This document shows, in pieces, positions 61,758 to 64,000 of a stretch of DNA of 64,000 nt (position 1 is the stretch's first letter; the number at the start of each line of letters is the position of its first letter). The position numbers and the translations under genes were made by a program. This DNA comes from an uncultured bacterium (lineage in GTDB: Bacteria; Patescibacteriota; Minisyncoccia; UBA6257; 2-01-FULL-56-20), in NCBI GenBank assembly GCA_963725235.1, contig CAVRXN010000002.1:186902-250901 (forward strand), in the 5' to 3' direction. The notes below the pieces were generated by a model, which ran no database searches, was not told the DNA's origin, and was given only the letters and a program-made list of their open reading frames with translations.

Positions 61758-61795
61758 AAAAGGCGCCGCACCGTGAGCGGTATGGCGCCGGATAG

Positions 61796-62455
61796 TTATT
61801 CTTCGGGCTCAAAAGACGTCCCGAGCGTGATGATATCAGATAGCCGCCGTGCTCTCTTATAGACCCAGAAAATGATTGGCATTACAAACGGCAAGATGTA
61901 GCTGAGGTATTGCAAGTGTTGTCGGAACTCAGGTACATTCATTGCAAACGCGAATGCGATCCCGTAGCAGATACCCTTGATCGTGTTTCCGACAAGAGCG
62001 AGATAGAGCGTTTTGAGCGGAACAAAATCAAGGAACTCGGCCATCATGAATGTTCCCCAAACACCACCACTCGGGATGCAGCAGAGCAACGGTATTGCGC
62101 GGTATCCCCATTGGTAGCGCCAGCTTTTGAGCTCTGCGCCAGTCGGTTTTTGGTGCCAGAGCCACGGTATCCGCCGCTGCACAGCTGGATAACGTTCGAG
62201 AAAGTGCCTGAGCTCCTTCATGCCAAAAAACACGAACGCCCACCAGTGGCAATCGGCGAAATTGCCAATCACGGTGGCGATAAGCGTTGCAAGCCATGCT
62301 GGGTAGCCGAGCGTTATCCATGAGCCGATCAACCACTCGCTCCCTAAAAAAGTTCGGCATAGGATTCTTCCGGTGCCGCCGGCGTGAAATAGGAGAAGTA
62401 ATATACTTCCCAAGAGCACGCCATAAATCAGTGCAAATGTGAGTCGTTTATTCAC
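61796..62455 (-). CDS. Polytopic membrane protein of unknown function
   Basis: 219 aa with 5-6 hydrophobic segments and several Trp/Cys-rich loops. No family recognised. Confidence 0.5.
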   Translation of the reverse strand: MNKRLTFALIYGVLLGSILLLLFHAGGTGRILCRTFLGSEWLIGSWITLGYPAWLATLIATVIGNFADCHWWAFVFFGMKELRHFLERYPAVQRRIPWLWHQKPTGAELKSWRYQWGYRAIPLLCCIPSGGVWGTFMMAEFLDFVPLKTLYLALVGNTIKGICYGIAFAFAMNVPEFRQHLQYLSYILPFVMPIIFWVYKRARRLSDIITLGTSFEPEE

Positions 62456-62553
62456 GATCAGCCGCCCGTATGAAAGATTAAGTTGCTATTTTCAAGCTAT
62501 CAAGAATCCCATATTTTGTCGAGCGAATAGTAGTGGAATGGAAGCCAAAACCA

Positions 62554-62562
62554 TGCTATAAT
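62554..62562 (+). promoter_or_regulatory. Extended -10 element TGCTATAAT upstream of gyrB
   Basis: Perfect TGnTATAAT, 15 nt upstream of ATG 62578. Confidence 0.5.
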
Positions 62563-62577
62563 GAAGCATACTTAACC

Positions 62578-64000
62578 ATGGCAAAAGAACCTAAAAACGA
62601 GACGAAAAAAGAGCAAAAAACCCCTGAGGCGAAGACCTCAAACAAAGGCAGCGCTACCTACGGCGCGAAGGATATTTTTGTTTTGGAAGGTCTCGAGCCG
62701 GTGCGGAAGCGGCCCGGCATGTACATCGGTACGACCGGTCCGGATGGTTTGCATCACCTGATCCGCGAAGTCGTCGACAACTCGATCGACGAAGCGATGG
62801 CTGGCTATGCGACGGAAGTGACCGTCGAGCTATTGCCAGACAACGTCGTTGCCGTTACCGATAACGGCCGCGGTATTCCGGTTGAAATTCACCCGCAGAC
62901 AAAGAAGTCGACGCTCGAAACCGTTTTGACAATCCTTCACGCGGGCGGCAAATTCGGCGGTGAAGGCTATAAAGTGTCCGGCGGTTTGCACGGCGTCGGT
63001 GTGTCTGTCGTCAACGCGCTTTCCGAATGGATGAAAGCAGAAATCCATATCGACGGCGGTATTTATGTACAAGAATACAAGCGAGGCGTGCCGCAGGGTA
63101 AAGTGAAAAATATCGGCAAGCTGAAACCGGGCGCACCAACCGGAACAAAAATTACATTCTCACCTGACCCGCAAATTTTCCCTGTCATGGGATTTAATGA
63201 CAAACAAATCCTCGACCGCTTGCGCCAACAGGCATATTTGACGAAGGGGATTCGCATTAACTTTTTCGATCGTCGTGGGGCAGCGCCCGGCGCATCCACT
63301 CCGGCCGTTCCGGTTTTCTACGGCTTCTATTTCGAAGGCGGTTTATTGTCGTTCGTAAAATATCTCGCTCGAAATAAAAATCGGCTCCATGAAGACATTT
63401 TTTATGTCGAGAAGGAGGTTAACAAGACGGATATCGAAGTCGCGTTTTTATATATCGACGATACGCATGTCCACGAAATGAGTTTTGCCAACACGATCTA
63501 TACGCCGGATGGTGGTACGCAGCTGACCGGTTTCCGCTCGGCGCTGACGCGATCGCTTAATAACTTTGCCCGCGCCGAAGGATACTTAAAAGAGAAGGAG
63601 GAGAATTTGACGAGCGATGACGTTCGCGAAGGTTTGGTTGCTATCGTTTCGGTAAAGCTGAGGGATCCGCAGTTCGAAGGCCAGACGAAAAATCGCCTCG
63701 GCAATCCGGAGGTGCAGACGGCGACGCAGGCCGTCGTCGGTGAAGCGCTAAAAGAGTTTCTCGAGAAGCATCCGCAGGAAGCCCGCGCGATCATCGCAAA
63801 AGTTGTTCTGACTGCAAAAGCGCGGCTCGCGGCGAAAGCGGCGCGCGATACCGTGTTGCGGAAAGGTGCGTTTGAAGGGCTGACCCTGCCCGGCAAGCTG
63901 GCGGATTGTACGTCGAAAAATCCCGCAGAATCGGAACTATTTCTGGTGGAAGGCGAATCGGCCGGTGGTACGGCGCGAACGGGAAGGGATCGGCATACAC
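62578..64000 (+). CDS. gyrB: DNA gyrase subunit B, N-terminal ~474 codons (runs off the window)
   Basis: My own translation from ATG 62578: ..LEGLEPVRKRPGMYIGTTGPDGLHHLIREVVDNSIDEAMAG..TDNGRGIPV..LHAGGKFGG..YKVSGGLHGVGVSVVNALS.. (GHKL ATPase). Later QTKNRLGNPE and the start of TOPRIM LFLVEGESAGG. Not in the ORF track because no stop occurs before the window end. Confidence 0.9.
   Translation, partial: MAKEPKNETKKEQKTPEAKTSNKGSATYGAKDIFVLEGLEPVRKRPGMYIGTTGPDGLHHLIREVVDNSIDEAMAGYATEVTVELLPDNVVAVTDNGRGIPVEIHPQTKKSTLETVLTILHAGGKFGGEGYKVSGGLHGVGVSVVNALSEWMKAEIHIDGGIYVQEYKRGVPQGKVKNIGKLKPGAPTGTKITFSPDPQIFPVMGFNDKQILDRLRQQAYLTKGIRINFFDRRGAAPGASTPAVPVFYGFYFEGGLLSFVKYLARNKNRLHEDIFYVEKEVNKTDIEVAFLYIDDTHVHEMSFANTIYTPDGGTQLTGFRSALTRSLNNFARAEGYLKEKEENLTSDDVREGLVAIVSVKLRDPQFEGQTKNRLGNPEVQTATQAVVGEALKEFLEKHPQEARAIIAKVVLTAKARLAAKAARDTVLRKGAFEGLTLPGKLADCTSKNPAESELFLVEGESAGGTARTGRDRHT

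Overview
This 64-kb window is a chromosome segment with standard genetic code 11. TGA is used as a genuine stop, including in ATGA start/stop overlaps. Gene content and style look Patescibacteria/CPR-like (Parcubacteria-type), but that is inference only: a secretin-less type IV pilus locus, trimmed housekeeping proteins, a free-standing LAGLIDADG endonuclease and many apparently leaderless genes.

Layout:
- 1-5.3 kb: dnaK (partial), a membrane protein, dnaJ, a hicB-hicA toxin-antitoxin pair, and small enzymes.
- 5.9-21 kb: comFC lies divergent from a long type IV pilus/competence cluster: pilM-N-O, pilB, pilT, pilC (frameshifted), major pilin, pilD, three minor pilins, four secreted or adhesin-like proteins, and a PilX-like protein.
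- 21-24 kb: ligA, a LAGLIDADG homing endonuclease, and tRNA-Asp.
- 25-29 kb: an ApbE / FMN-binding / RnfD-like-FNR flavinylation module, with a PEP-CTERM-type protein in between.
- 29.1-29.3 kb: convergent tRNA-Ala and tRNA-Arg(CCT).
- About 29.3-45.0 kb: a mosaic genomic island at tRNA-Arg. It holds two 5'-truncated recombinases, an IS982-family element with perfect 38-bp inverted repeats and an 8-bp target duplication, an IS481-like element, a pilin-LamG fusion, and two paralogous giant surface proteins with peptidoglycan-binding tails. It also carries gene fragments.
- 45-64 kb: housekeeping genes: ABC transporter, ychF, a ParA-like ATPase, a PyrE-like PRTase, recO, a surface protein, glyQS, murA, ftsB, mgtC, aspS, ndk, a NUDIX hydrolase, a domain-1-less RF1, two receiver domains, and gyrB (partial).

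Main second-look items:
- A GAGACA-type dispersed repeat forms an inverted pair around the pilT promoter and recurs in frame inside pilD and ligA.
- -10 boxes sit 6-8 nt upstream of many ATGs.
- At least ten frame changes are packed into 53.2-54.7 kb, including essential glyQS.
- Two same-frame internal stops split secreted proteins.
- RF1 lacks its N-terminal domain.

I found no CRISPR array, rRNA gene or reverse transcriptase in the window.
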